Shown: piece by piece, positions 9,297 to 18,784 of the stretch | Position numbering within the stretch: the first letter of the stretch is position 1 | Layout of the letters: each line of letters opens with the position of its first letter | NCBI GenBank assembly: GCA_023270185.1 | Contig: JAGLCY010000066.1 | Location: 1-51,774 of the forward strand | Direction: 5' to 3' | DNA from: Candidatus Krumholzibacteriia bacterium | GTDB lineage: Bacteria; Krumholzibacteriota; Krumholzibacteriia; LZORAL124-64-63 | DNA: 51,774 nucleotides | Position numbers and translations under genes: made by a program | The notes under the pieces: generated by a model | The model's database searches: none | What the model was told of the DNA's origin: nothing | The model's input: the letters and a program-made list of their open reading frames with translations, nothing else

Positions 9297-10033
9297 CCGC
9301 TAGTACAACCTCATCCGTTCTGAGAGCAACCGGGTTGCGCAAAGTCTATCGTGGCCGAACTGTTGTCGATGAAGTCGATCTCGAACTGGTCCAGGGAGAA
9401 ATCGTGGGCCTGCTCGGTCCCAACGGTGCCGGCAAGACCACATCGTTCTATATGATTGTTGGTTTCATCACTCCGGATGGCGGCAAGGTGCATATGGACA
9501 ACCGCGACCTTTCGCGTTTGCCCATGTACAAGCGAGCCCGCCTGGGCATCGGCTATCTTCCCCAGGAATCTTCGATATTCCGGCAGCTGACGGTCGAGGA
9601 CAATGTCATGGCCGTGTTGCAGAGCATAAAGATGAGTCGCAGCGATCGTTATCATCGCCGGGATGAACTCCTGGATATGTTGGGCGTCAGTCATATCCGC
9701 AAGAACAAGGGTTATGAACTGTCGGGTGGCGAACGGCGGCGGGTGGAGATCGCACGCGCGCTGGTGACCGAGCCCAAATTCATGCTCCTGGACGAGCCCT
9801 TCGCGGGTATCGATCCCATCGCCGTGGCGGATCTGCAGTCGGTGGTGAGCCAATTGCGGGAAGAGGGATTGGGTGTTCTCATCACGGACCACAATGTCCG
9901 TGAGACCCTACACATTACCGACCGGGCCTACATTCTGTTCGAAGGCAAGATAGAGTTGTCCGGCACATCGGAGGAGATCGTATCCTCCGAGAAGGCACGG
10001 AAAATTTACCTGGGTGAAAAATTCCGGATGTAA
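9293..10033 (+). CDS. lptB: LPS export ABC transporter ATP-binding protein
   Basis: GPNGAGKTT, GYLPQE.SIFR, LSGGERRRVEIAR, LLDEPFAGIDP, ITDHNVRETL, YLGE.F. Confidence 0.97.
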   Translation: MTASTTSSVLRATGLRKVYRGRTVVDEVDLELVQGEIVGLLGPNGAGKTTSFYMIVGFITPDGGKVHMDNRDLSRLPMYKRARLGIGYLPQESSIFRQLTVEDNVMAVLQSIKMSRSDRYHRRDELLDMLGVSHIRKNKGYELSGGERRRVEIARALVTEPKFMLLDEPFAGIDPIAVADLQSVVSQLREEGLGVLITDHNVRETLHITDRAYILFEGKIELSGTSEEIVSSEKARKIYLGEKFRM

Positions 10034-10097
10034 CGGGTTTTCTGAGGTGGAGGAAGGATCCCCCGCCCTTGCAAGGTCAAAGGAAGGCATAAGAATA

Positions 10098-11525
10098 ATG
10101 GCTCCCAACATAGGTCTGCGTCAAACCATGCAGCTGCGTCAGCAGCTGGTAATGACCCAACGTCTCCAGCAGGCTCTGAAACTCCTGCAGGTTCCCACCC
10201 TGGAGCTTGAACAGATCCTTCGGCAGGAACTTCAGGGCAACCCCCTTCTTGAGGAGATCGAGCCTGAAGAGGAACTGGAAGAGGAGATCCTCCGCGAAAA
10301 TGAAATCGCCGCTGATGACGAGAAGGTCCGGGAAAAGGAACAGGACCCCCAGGACGAAGACCGCGATTGGGGTGACAGTTGGGACGAAGGTTTTCGGAGC
10401 CTCGCCACCGAGCGGGGTTACGACGAGGAAGACGAACTGGAGCGTCCCCAGAAATACGTCCCCTCGGGCCAGGAAGATCTCGGTGAACAGTTGCAATTGG
10501 CGGTTCCCGAGGGTATCGAGCGGATGATCGGCGAGTACATCATCGGTTGCCTGAACGAGGATGGGCTGCTGGATTGCCCCCTGTCTGAAATCGCTTCCTA
10601 TTACGAAGTCAGCCAAGAAGAAGTGGAGACGATTCTGAAGGTCGTCCAGGGTTTCGACCCTGCCGGTGTCGCGGCGCGCGACCTGCAGGAATGTCTCCTG
10701 CTTCAGTTGGCCGCGCGCGGGCAGGAGGATTCACACGAAGCCCACATCATCATCAACCATTTCGACTCTCTCAAGAACCGGAAGTTCAGCGACATCGCCC
10801 GGGAGATGAAGATTACCCCGAGGGAGGTCCAGGCGATCGCCCAGCGCATCGGGGAACTGGATCCCCGTCCCGGTCTGTCGGCCAACACCGAAGGCGCTCG
10901 GGCCATCGTTCCCGATCTGGAAGTGGTCAAGGTGGACGAGGGTGGAGATGAATACGCCGTCTATCTCAACGACTCGAACCTGCCCCGGCTGCGGGTCAGT
11001 AAAGCCTACGAGGATACGAGCAAAGGCAACGAAGACGCGGTGAAATTCATCGACGAGAAGAAGCGACATGCCGAATGGGTCATCAAAACCATCGAGCAAC
11101 GACGGCGGACCATGATCAGGGTCATGGAGGCCATCGTTGCAGAGCAGAAGGATTTCTTCGAGAAGGGAGCCATCGCTCTGCGACCCCTGACACTGCAACA
11201 GGTGGCCTCGACCATCGGCATGCACGAGTCGACAGTGTCCAGGGTCACGCGACAGAAGTATGTGCAGACTCCGCGCGGGGTTTTTTCCCTCAAATACTTT
11301 TTCAGTGCGGGACTCGATTCGAACGACGGGACCGAAGTGGCGGCCAAGGCGGTCAAGGTCATGATCCAGGAGATCATTGCCAACGAAAACACGTCCAGAC
11401 CGCTTTCGGACAAGAAAATTGTGGATATGTTGCATGAGAAGGGACTTAAGATCGCCCGGAGAACCGTGGCCAAATACAGGGAGCAGATGGGAATTCTCAG
11501 CGCCAGGATGCGTAAACAATTCTGA
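10098..11525 (+). CDS. rpoN: RNA polymerase sigma-54 factor
   Basis: Gln/Leu-rich region I, HESTVSR helix-turn-helix, RpoN box IARRTVAKYRE. Confidence 0.98.
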   Translation: MAPNIGLRQTMQLRQQLVMTQRLQQALKLLQVPTLELEQILRQELQGNPLLEEIEPEEELEEEILRENEIAADDEKVREKEQDPQDEDRDWGDSWDEGFRSLATERGYDEEDELERPQKYVPSGQEDLGEQLQLAVPEGIERMIGEYIIGCLNEDGLLDCPLSEIASYYEVSQEEVETILKVVQGFDPAGVAARDLQECLLLQLAARGQEDSHEAHIIINHFDSLKNRKFSDIAREMKITPREVQAIAQRIGELDPRPGLSANTEGARAIVPDLEVVKVDEGGDEYAVYLNDSNLPRLRVSKAYEDTSKGNEDAVKFIDEKKRHAEWVIKTIEQRRRTMIRVMEAIVAEQKDFFEKGAIALRPLTLQQVASTIGMHESTVSRVTRQKYVQTPRGVFSLKYFFSAGLDSNDGTEVAAKAVKVMIQEIIANENTSRPLSDKKIVDMLHEKGLKIARRTVAKYREQMGILSARMRKQF

Positions 11526-11570
11526 TCGGCCCTGTAGCCCACCCCCAGAAACGATTTGAAGGAGGACGCC

Positions 11571-12101
11571 ATGCAGTTGGAAATCAATGCCAGGCATTTC
11601 ACCATGGGAGACGACCAGAAGGAATTGATCGAAGCCGCCGTGGATAAACTGGTCAAGTTCAGCCCCCGGCCGGTTCAATCCATCAAGATGACCATCAACC
11701 ACGAAGCCGGACGTTTCTCGGCCGATTCCGTCCTGCACCTGAAAAGTACCGAATTCCGGGCCAAAGGCGAGGGCATGGAGCCCGAATACGCGGTCAATGA
11801 AATGATGGAAAATCTTCGCAAGCAACTGGCAAAATTCAAGGGTAAGATCAGCGGAAAGCAAAAGGGTGAAGGGGGGGGGCTCGGACGGGCCATGTTCGAT
11901 GGATCCACTCTTCCCGATTCCGAAGACCGCGCACCCGAGGGTTTTGTCCTGCTGGACATGGATCCTTCGAGCGCCCGGGAAAAATTCCAGGCCGGGGAAC
12001 TGCCGTTCCTGGTTTTCCGGAATGTGGACAATGACAAGTTGGGTGTGATCTACCGTCGGGACAACGGTGAACTGGGACACATGGAGTCCGAAAACCACTG
12101 A
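11571..12101 (+). CDS. hpf: Ribosome hibernation promoting factor, long form
   Basis: S30AE-like N-domain plus C-domain with FLVFRN...VIYRR..G..G; follows rpoN; GGAGG RBS. Confidence 0.88.
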   Translation: MQLEINARHFTMGDDQKELIEAAVDKLVKFSPRPVQSIKMTINHEAGRFSADSVLHLKSTEFRAKGEGMEPEYAVNEMMENLRKQLAKFKGKISGKQKGEGGGLGRAMFDGSTLPDSEDRAPEGFVLLDMDPSSAREKFQAGELPFLVFRNVDNDKLGVIYRRDNGELGHMESENH

Positions 12102-12133
12102 GCGGCCCGGTAGCTCGATATCAGGGGAATCAG

Positions 12134-13102
12134 ATGAACAGGGTCACGATCCAGGATCTCTACGAGCAACTCAAGGAACCGCTTCTGCTCGACGTGCTTT
12201 CAGACCTTCCGGACGAACCCATCCTGGTCCGCGCTCCCGATGTTCATCGTCCGGGCATGGCTCTAATGGGTTTCGCGGAAAATTTTCTGCCCCGCAGAAT
12301 CCAGGTTTTCGGTGAGTCGGAAACGGCGTTCCTGTCCACTCTGGGAGGGCAGGAACAGAGGGCTGCCGTGGAAAGGGTCCTGAACCTTGACCCCCCCGTG
12401 ATTTTCGTGGCCATGGACCAGGCGGTGCCGCGTCCCATCATGGATCTGATCCGGGAGCGTAAATTCCCCCTGATTCGTTCCGCCCTGACCGCGGTGGAAT
12501 TCATTTCAGAACTTTCCCACCATTTGGAAAAGGTATTCTCTCCGCGGACGGAGGTTCACGGCACTTTGGTGGATGTCTACGGTGTGGGTCTTCTGTTCAC
12601 CGGCCGCAGCGGAATCGGCAAGAGTGAATGTGCCCTGGATCTCATCGAGAGGGGGCACCGCCTGGTTGCCGACGACATCGTCGAGATCACCCGCACCCCC
12701 GAAGACGTTCTGATAGGCAGGTACCGGGAAGTCCTGCGGCACCACCTGGAAATCCGTGGTGTCGGCGTCATCGACGTGCAGTCCATCTTCGGTATCAGGG
12801 CCATTCGCATGCAGAAGCGCGTCGAGGTGGAGGTGCAGCTGCAGGAGTGGGATGATTCTGTCGATTACGAACGTATTGGCATGGAGAACCGCTTCACTGA
12901 AATTCTCGGCGTGAATATTCCGCAGGTGGCTGTTCCCTTGTATCCGGGCAAGAACATCACGGTGATCAGCGAGGTCATCGCCCTCAATTTCATGCTGAAG
13001 GTCTATGGTTACGATGCCGCTCAGGTTCTCAACGACCGCATTCTGGAAAATATGCGCTCGAACAAGCGGTTGCGCGATTACCTGGATCAGGATCGGGAAT
13101 GA
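12134..13102 (+). CDS. hprK: HPr kinase/phosphorylase
   Basis: HGTLVDVYGVG, GRSGIGKSE Walker A, GHRLVADD, LEIRGVG. Confidence 0.97.
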   Translation: MNRVTIQDLYEQLKEPLLLDVLSDLPDEPILVRAPDVHRPGMALMGFAENFLPRRIQVFGESETAFLSTLGGQEQRAAVERVLNLDPPVIFVAMDQAVPRPIMDLIRERKFPLIRSALTAVEFISELSHHLEKVFSPRTEVHGTLVDVYGVGLLFTGRSGIGKSECALDLIERGHRLVADDIVEITRTPEDVLIGRYREVLRHHLEIRGVGVIDVQSIFGIRAIRMQKRVEVEVQLQEWDDSVDYERIGMENRFTEILGVNIPQVAVPLYPGKNITVISEVIALNFMLKVYGYDAAQVLNDRILENMRSNKRLRDYLDQDRE

Positions 13103-13123
13103 CAGGAAAGGGACGGTAGCCTG

Positions 13124-13537
13124 ATGATAAAGGCTCTGGTGATCACCCATGGGGGAATCGGCCAGGAACTCGTTCGGGTCACCGAAATGATCCTCGGACC
13201 TGTCCCGGGCTTGACCGCCATGTCCAACAGTGGCAAGTCGGCCATTGATATCACCGCGCGGATCAAGGAGTGGCAGGCCGAAATTCCGGATGACGGCGGT
13301 GACGATTTCTCCGCAAGTGACCGGAAACTTATCCTGCTTGACGACTACGGGGGCAGCTGCGCGACAAGCGCACAGTTGGCCTGTGGTCAGGATCCCGATA
13401 CCGCCATCATCAGCGGGGTCAATCTGGCGATGCTGTTGGGGTTCGTGACCTGGCGGGATTCCGGTGATTTCGAGGAACTGGTGGCCAAGGTGGTCCAAAA
13501 GGGTCGTGAAGCCATTCTCCTGGTTGGGGGACGTTGA
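13124..13537 (+). CDS. PTS mannose/fructose/sorbose family EIIA
   Basis: ITHG phospho-His, D.YGGS, ISGVNLAMLL. Confidence 0.88.
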   Translation: MIKALVITHGGIGQELVRVTEMILGPVPGLTAMSNSGKSAIDITARIKEWQAEIPDDGGDDFSASDRKLILLDDYGGSCATSAQLACGQDPDTAIISGVNLAMLLGFVTWRDSGDFEELVAKVVQKGREAILLVGGR

Positions 13538-14034
13538 TGCCGGTGATTCTGGCTCGCATCGATGACCGCCTCATCCATGGCCAGGTGACCGTCGGATGGA
13601 GTGAACGGTTGCGCCCCGACCGGATCCTGCTGGCCAACAACGCCATCGCGGCCGATCCCTGGCAGACGAGGGTCTATTCCAGCACAGTGCCTCCGGACAT
13701 CGATGTCTCCATTCTTCCGGTTTCCAAAGCCGCCGCTAGTCTAGGGGAGCCGGAACACCAGGATGAGCGGGTGCTGTTGTTGACGGGGTCCGCCGAGGAG
13801 ATGGCCGAATTGGTAAGGATCGGTGTTCCGATCACAGAGGTCAACGTGGGCGGGTTGCACTTCGGACCCGGTAAACGGGAAATGCTCCCTTTTGTCTACG
13901 TGGACCGTCAGGATCTGAAAGCTTTCACTCGCCTGCTTGAAATGGGCATGACTCTGTCGGCACAGCAGGTTCCCGGCGGCCGGGAGTATTTGCTTGACGA
14001 GGAACAAATCCGGGAGATGGGGGAGAAGTTCTGA
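13537..14034 (+). CDS. PTS mannose/sorbose family EIIB
   Basis: RIDDRLIHGQV phospho-His motif, VNVGG, Q.VP; TGATG coupling to EIIA. Confidence 0.93.
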   Translation: MPVILARIDDRLIHGQVTVGWSERLRPDRILLANNAIAADPWQTRVYSSTVPPDIDVSILPVSKAAASLGEPEHQDERVLLLTGSAEEMAELVRIGVPITEVNVGGLHFGPGKREMLPFVYVDRQDLKAFTRLLEMGMTLSAQQVPGGREYLLDEEQIREMGEKF

Positions 14035-14786
14035 TGGCCCTTTGGGTACCGGTGGCCCTGGTGTCCGATCCCACCTTGTCTTCCCTGCTCGTCCTGGGGT
14101 TGCTGGCCGGGATACTGGCCCTCGACGATACCGCCCTGGCCCAGACCTGGTTCGGCCAACCTTTGCCCGCGGCGGTTCTGACGGGGTACTTATGCGGTGA
14201 TCCTTTGACGGGATTGGCCGTGGGGCTTCCCCTGCAACTCGTTCTGGCCGGCAATCTTCCCATAGGCCAGACGTTTACCGGCGATTCCACCAGCGCGACC
14301 ATCGCAGCCGTGGCGGGAGCGATCCTCGGCGGCAGGCATTTGCCGCCGGTGCTGGTCGGCAATTCGGAAGGAACCTGGCAACTGCTCGGTTGGGTCATCC
14401 TGGGGGCGGGCCTGCTGAGCCTGCTGGGTCATCTTCTTATCCAGGGTGAACGCCGGGCCAACGGTATCTGGATGCTGGAAGGACTTCGCAGCCTGCGCGA
14501 CGGCAGATTGGGAAGAATAGAGAGGCTGCATATTCGTTGTCTGCTGACCACATTTTTGCGTGGTTTCAGTTCCGGAATCCTTTTTATTCTTCTCATGATC
14601 AGGGTGTGGATGCCTCTTTTCCCCCATCTTCCCCCAACTCTTCAGACCGCGCTCGGGACGTTGCCGCTGCTGCTGCCCGGTCTTGGCGTCGGCACGATGA
14701 TCGAACGATACGGATTGAAATCCAGCTGGCCATGGGTGGCCGCGGGTATGATCTGTACTTTCCTGGTGGCTCATTATGTGGTCTGA
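14034..14786 (+). CDS. PTS mannose family EIIC
   Basis: Multi-TM; LD...Q....QPL....LTG...GD...GL..G..LQL pattern; lies between EIIB and EIID. Confidence 0.82.
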   Translation: MALWVPVALVSDPTLSSLLVLGLLAGILALDDTALAQTWFGQPLPAAVLTGYLCGDPLTGLAVGLPLQLVLAGNLPIGQTFTGDSTSATIAAVAGAILGGRHLPPVLVGNSEGTWQLLGWVILGAGLLSLLGHLLIQGERRANGIWMLEGLRSLRDGRLGRIERLHIRCLLTTFLRGFSSGILFILLMIRVWMPLFPHLPPTLQTALGTLPLLLPGLGVGTMIERYGLKSSWPWVAAGMICTFLVAHYVV

Positions 14787-14807
14787 TTTTTCACGTGAGG
14801 AGATGCC

Positions 14808-15563
14808 GTGAAAACAATGACCCGCGGGTTGCAGTGGTCCCTTTTCCTGCGCTCGCTGACCATGCAGGGGTCCTGGAATCATCAGCGGATGCAGAACCTG
14901 GGTCTTTTGTGGACTGTCCTTTCCTGGCTGCGTCGGACCCGGCGCGATGTGAACCGGGACCGGATTATCTGTCGGCGGTACTACGGCTTTTTCAACACCA
15001 ATCCCTATCTTGCCAATTTCCTCTTCGGTGGACTGATTCGGCTGGAAAACGACCAGGAGGCCGGGTTGGAGGTCCCGCCGGGAGTGATCGGCACCTTTCG
15101 GGATTCGGTGGGGAGGGCTCTGGCCTCACTGGGTGATCAGTTGTTCTGGCTTGGTTTGCGTCCGACCCTGATCATGGCAATCTGTCTTTTCGGACTAATG
15201 GGTCAAATCTTCACGGTGCTGGTGGTTATCGGCATCTTCACCGTGGGCCAACTTCTCCTGCGCTGGGTGGCCCTGCGCAAGGGGTACGACCTGGGGATGG
15301 ACATCGTCGACCTGCTGTTTGACCCGAGGTGGCACACGTGGATAGGCAGGATGAAGCGTGCCGGCATGGTTCTGACGGGAATGGTGGCTGGATTGTATCT
15401 CGCCCAGGTCGCGGAATTCGGGGTGACTTCGGATCGGAACCTGCTGTGGATCGGAACGGTATTGGGCATGGGCCTGCCCCTGATTCTGCGCAAGCGTCTG
15501 CCGGGGGAACTCCTGATCGTGGCGGCCCTTTTCCTGGCTCTGGTACTGACTTTTGCCATTTGA
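14808..15563 (+). CDS. PTS mannose family EIID
   Basis: QGSWN..RMQNLG, FFNTNP, LASLGDQLFW..LRP. Confidence 0.92.
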   Translation: MKTMTRGLQWSLFLRSLTMQGSWNHQRMQNLGLLWTVLSWLRRTRRDVNRDRIICRRYYGFFNTNPYLANFLFGGLIRLENDQEAGLEVPPGVIGTFRDSVGRALASLGDQLFWLGLRPTLIMAICLFGLMGQIFTVLVVIGIFTVGQLLLRWVALRKGYDLGMDIVDLLFDPRWHTWIGRMKRAGMVLTGMVAGLYLAQVAEFGVTSDRNLLWIGTVLGMGLPLILRKRLPGELLIVAALFLALVLTFAI

Positions 15564-15625
15564 CCGCTTGGGAGTTAAATTATGGTCCTGACAATCTTTT
15601 TCGATAATTCCAAGGGATTCCACCA

Positions 15626-15904
15626 TTGAAGACTGTGACCGCGACCGTATCCGATCCGGTAGGTTTCCATCTACGTGCCGCCGGTCGGATCGTCAAACTG
15701 ACCAAATGCTTCGAATCCGAAGTCACCATCCGGTACAACGGACGAGTCGCCAACGCCAAGAGTATCATGGGGTTGGCGAGTCTTGCCGCTGAATTCGGCA
15801 CCGACGTGCTCATCGAGGTCGAGGGTGTCGATGAAGAGGCGGCCATCAAGCAACTCGTGCAGTTGATCGAGATCGATCTGGCGATAGCCGAGGATCCCGT
15901 ATAG
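15626..15904 (+). CDS. ptsH: Phosphocarrier protein HPr
   Basis: GFHLRAA (His15 site), NAKSIMGL (Ser46 site), G.DE..A; TTG start. Confidence 0.92.
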   Translation: MKTVTATVSDPVGFHLRAAGRIVKLTKCFESEVTIRYNGRVANAKSIMGLASLAAEFGTDVLIEVEGVDEEAAIKQLVQLIEIDLAIAEDPV

Positions 15905-15907
15905 ATC

Positions 15908-17662
15908 ATGAATTCCTTCCCGGGCATCGCCGCTTCCCCAGGCTACGCCGCCGGTCCCGTGCATGCCATCCGGCAAAGGGCCATCGTGCCGGTACGCCGG
16001 TCTTTGGCTCCGGACGAAGTCCCCGCCGAGATCCAACGATTCGGTCAGGCGGTCGACAAGGCCCGGTCCGGATTGCAGGAACTGGTTGATCGCCTGTCCA
16101 GCGAGCTTGGACCGGAAGGCGGCGAGATCCTGGCCAGCCAACTGTTGATTCTGGAAGACGAGATGGTTTGGGACGCCACTCTGGCCGTCATTCGCGACGA
16201 GAAAGTCAATTCCGAAGCGGCTTTCTCCCGTTCCGTGGGTGACATCGCCGCCCGTTTCCTGGAAATCGAGGATGAGACTTTCCGGGAAAGGGTCAATGAC
16301 CTCAGGGATGTGGAACAGCGCGTTCTTCGGTGCTTCAACGACGCCGATCCCCAGCACCTGATTTTGCCCCTGGTTCCGTCCATCATTTCCGCCCGCAACC
16401 TGACTCCCAGCGATACGGCTGTCCTGGGACGCAACAACGTGCTGGGTTTCGCGATGGACGAGGGAGGGAACACCAGCCATGTGGCCATTCTCGCCAGGTC
16501 GATCGGGGTGCCCGCGGTGGTCGGGCTCAAGGGGCGTGCCGTGGCCCTGGAGCCGGGTCGGCAGGTGGCGGTCGATGGTACGGACGGCCTGTTGGTGACC
16601 GACCCGGACGAGGAGACCCTGGAAAAATTCCGGATGCTGACCTGTCAGCAGGTCGAGGTCAGCCGGAAACTGGAACATTTGAAGGATCTGGAAGCGGTCA
16701 CGCCCGATGGGCATCGTGTCCACATGATGGCCAACATCGAACTGCCGGTCGAAGTCGAAGAGGCCCTGGCCCGTGGCGCCGAGGGCATCGGGTTGCTGCG
16801 CACCGAGTACCTGTTCTTTCAGCATCGCACCATTCCCACCGAGGATGACCAGGTAAAAGTCTATTCGGAAATCGTGCGCCGCATGGATGGCCGGCCCGTG
16901 ATTTTTCGCACGCTGGACGTGGGTGGCGACAAGGTATCGGACTACCTGGGCGCAAAACGCGAGTACAATCCTTTCCTCGGCTGGCGCGGCATCAGGTTTT
17001 CCCTGGCGAACCGTCTGCTGTTCAAAACCCAGATCAAGGCCATTCATCGGGCTGCGATCTCGGGTCGGGTCAAGGTGATGTTTCCCATGATCACCGGAGT
17101 GTCGGAGCTGCGCGAGGCCCGCCAGGTAGTGGCCGAGGCGATCACCGAGTTGGTTGCCGAGGGCGTGGACCACGATCCGGATCTGCCGCTGGGCATCATG
17201 ATCGAAACTCCTTCCGCCGTCCTGGCTGCCGACACCCTGGCCGCCGAATGCGATTTCTTCAGCATCGGGACAAACGATCTCATTCAGTACACCCTGGCCA
17301 TGGACCGTGGGAACAGTCGGGTCAGCTATCTGTACCGGCCGCTCCATCCGGCTATCCTGCGCAGCATCCGCATGACTGTGGAAGCCGCACATCGGGCGGG
17401 AATCCCGGTGGGCCTCTGTGGCGAGATGGGTTCGGAAACCCGTCTGGCCGAGTTGCTGCTGGGACTCGGGCTCGACGAGATCAGCCTCCACGGAGCCACC
17501 CTGCCCAAAATCAAGCAGGTCATCAGGTGGACGTCATATGAGGAAGCCCGGCGGATGGCGGATCACCTGATGTCCCTGGCCACTCCCGATGAGGCGGACC
17601 GCTGGCTGGCGGAATACATCGCCGACCGGAAGCGGCAGAGGGAAAACGGAGGAAATCAGTGA
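15908..17662 (+). CDS. ptsI: PTS Enzyme I (PEP-protein phosphotransferase)
   Basis: [12 protein letters not shown] phospho-His, [36 protein letters not shown]. Confidence 0.96.
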   Translation: MNSFPGIAASPGYAAGPVHAIRQRAIVPVRRSLAPDEVPAEIQRFGQAVDKARSGLQELVDRLSSELGPEGGEILASQLLILEDEMVWDATLAVIRDEKVNSEAAFSRSVGDIAARFLEIEDETFRERVNDLRDVEQRVLRCFNDADPQHLILPLVPSIISARNLTPSDTAVLGRNNVLGFAMDEGGNTSHVAILARSIGVPAVVGLKGRAVALEPGRQVAVDGTDGLLVTDPDEETLEKFRMLTCQQVEVSRKLEHLKDLEAVTPDGHRVHMMANIELPVEVEEALARGAEGIGLLRTEYLFFQHRTIPTEDDQVKVYSEIVRRMDGRPVIFRTLDVGGDKVSDYLGAKREYNPFLGWRGIRFSLANRLLFKTQIKAIHRAAISGRVKVMFPMITGVSELREARQVVAEAITELVAEGVDHDPDLPLGIMIETPSAVLAADTLAAECDFFSIGTNDLIQYTLAMDRGNSRVSYLYRPLHPAILRSIRMTVEAAHRAGIPVGLCGEMGSETRLAELLLGLGLDEISLHGATLPKIKQVIRWTSYEEARRMADHLMSLATPDEADRWLAEYIADRKRQRENGGNQ

Positions 17663-18747
17663 TGAACGACGGGCTTGACTCGGGAACACGGTTTATGTTC
17701 GGACTCGTGGGTGAACTGGGGGAACAGATTCGCAAAAGCGCCCACCTGGATGGATTGGCTGAAGTCGAACCTCCGGCCACGGGCTTCGGACGGATCATCC
17801 TGTGTGGGATGGGTGGGTCGGCCATCGCGGGCGACCTGATCCAACCGCTTCTGGCGGACGGCCGGATTCCTCTGACCGTTTGGCGTGATTACGGTCTTCC
17901 CCATTGGGCGGGCCCCGGCGACCTCGTTCTCTGCAGCAGTTATTCCGGGGATACCGAGGAAACCCTTTCGGGTGCCCATGAGGCCGGTTCGCGTGGTTGT
18001 GACCGGTTGGCAATCACTTCGGGGGGCAGCCTGGCTTCGTTGGCGTCCGCCGAGGGTTTTCCCGCGGTGATCCTGCCCGGTGGACTTCCACCACGCGCTT
18101 CCCTGGGCCTTGGTCTGGGGGCGTTGGCCCGCTGCCTGGGCCGACTGGGACTGGTGGCCGAAGTGGACACTTCCCTTGTCCAGGCAGCAGAGACCCTGGA
18201 CAGGTATCGCGATTCCAGATCTTTCCCGGTGGCGCCCGACGTCCGTGACACCGGATCCGTACCGGCAGATCCTGAAGGAAATCCCTCGGCAGCCGAACTG
18301 GCCGAAATCCTGGTGGGCAAGGTGCCGGTCATCTACACGGTCGGGGCCGAGGCGCACGCCGCAGGTCTGAGACTCAAAGCCCAGCTGAACGAGAACAGCA
18401 AGGCGCCGGCCTGTCTGGCGCAATTCCCGGAACTGAATCACAATGACCTGGTCGGATGGAGTCTGGACACTTCCGACAGGGGACGTTTCGTTCTTCTCAT
18501 AATGCGGGGCAGGAGTGACAATGATCGCATCAGGCGCCGGGTGGAATTGACCCGGCAGCTGTTGGCCGATGAGTTCCCTGAAATCCATGAAATCCAATCT
18601 TCCGCACCGGGGGTCCTGGACCGCATCCTGTCCCTTGTCCAGTACGGAGATTATCTGTCCTGTCATCTGGCCCGGTTGAAGAATGTCGATCCATTGCCGG
18701 TCGACCGCATCACCAGGCTAAAGGAATCCCTGGGGAAACCCGAGTAA
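17662..18747 (+). CDS. Bifunctional phosphoglucose/phosphomannose isomerase (PGI/PMI, SIS family)
   Basis: GMGGSAIAGD, SYSG.TEET, ITSGG.L, PRA, K.QLNENSK, PELNHN, VDP..V..I..LK. Confidence 0.9.
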   Translation: MNDGLDSGTRFMFGLVGELGEQIRKSAHLDGLAEVEPPATGFGRIILCGMGGSAIAGDLIQPLLADGRIPLTVWRDYGLPHWAGPGDLVLCSSYSGDTEETLSGAHEAGSRGCDRLAITSGGSLASLASAEGFPAVILPGGLPPRASLGLGLGALARCLGRLGLVAEVDTSLVQAAETLDRYRDSRSFPVAPDVRDTGSVPADPEGNPSAAELAEILVGKVPVIYTVGAEAHAAGLRLKAQLNENSKAPACLAQFPELNHNDLVGWSLDTSDRGRFVLLIMRGRSDNDRIRRRVELTRQLLADEFPEIHEIQSSAPGVLDRILSLVQYGDYLSCHLARLKNVDPLPVDRITRLKESLGKPE

Positions 18748-18784
18748 CCGGACCCGATCGAAAAGGCGGTCCACAGGAGACAGC

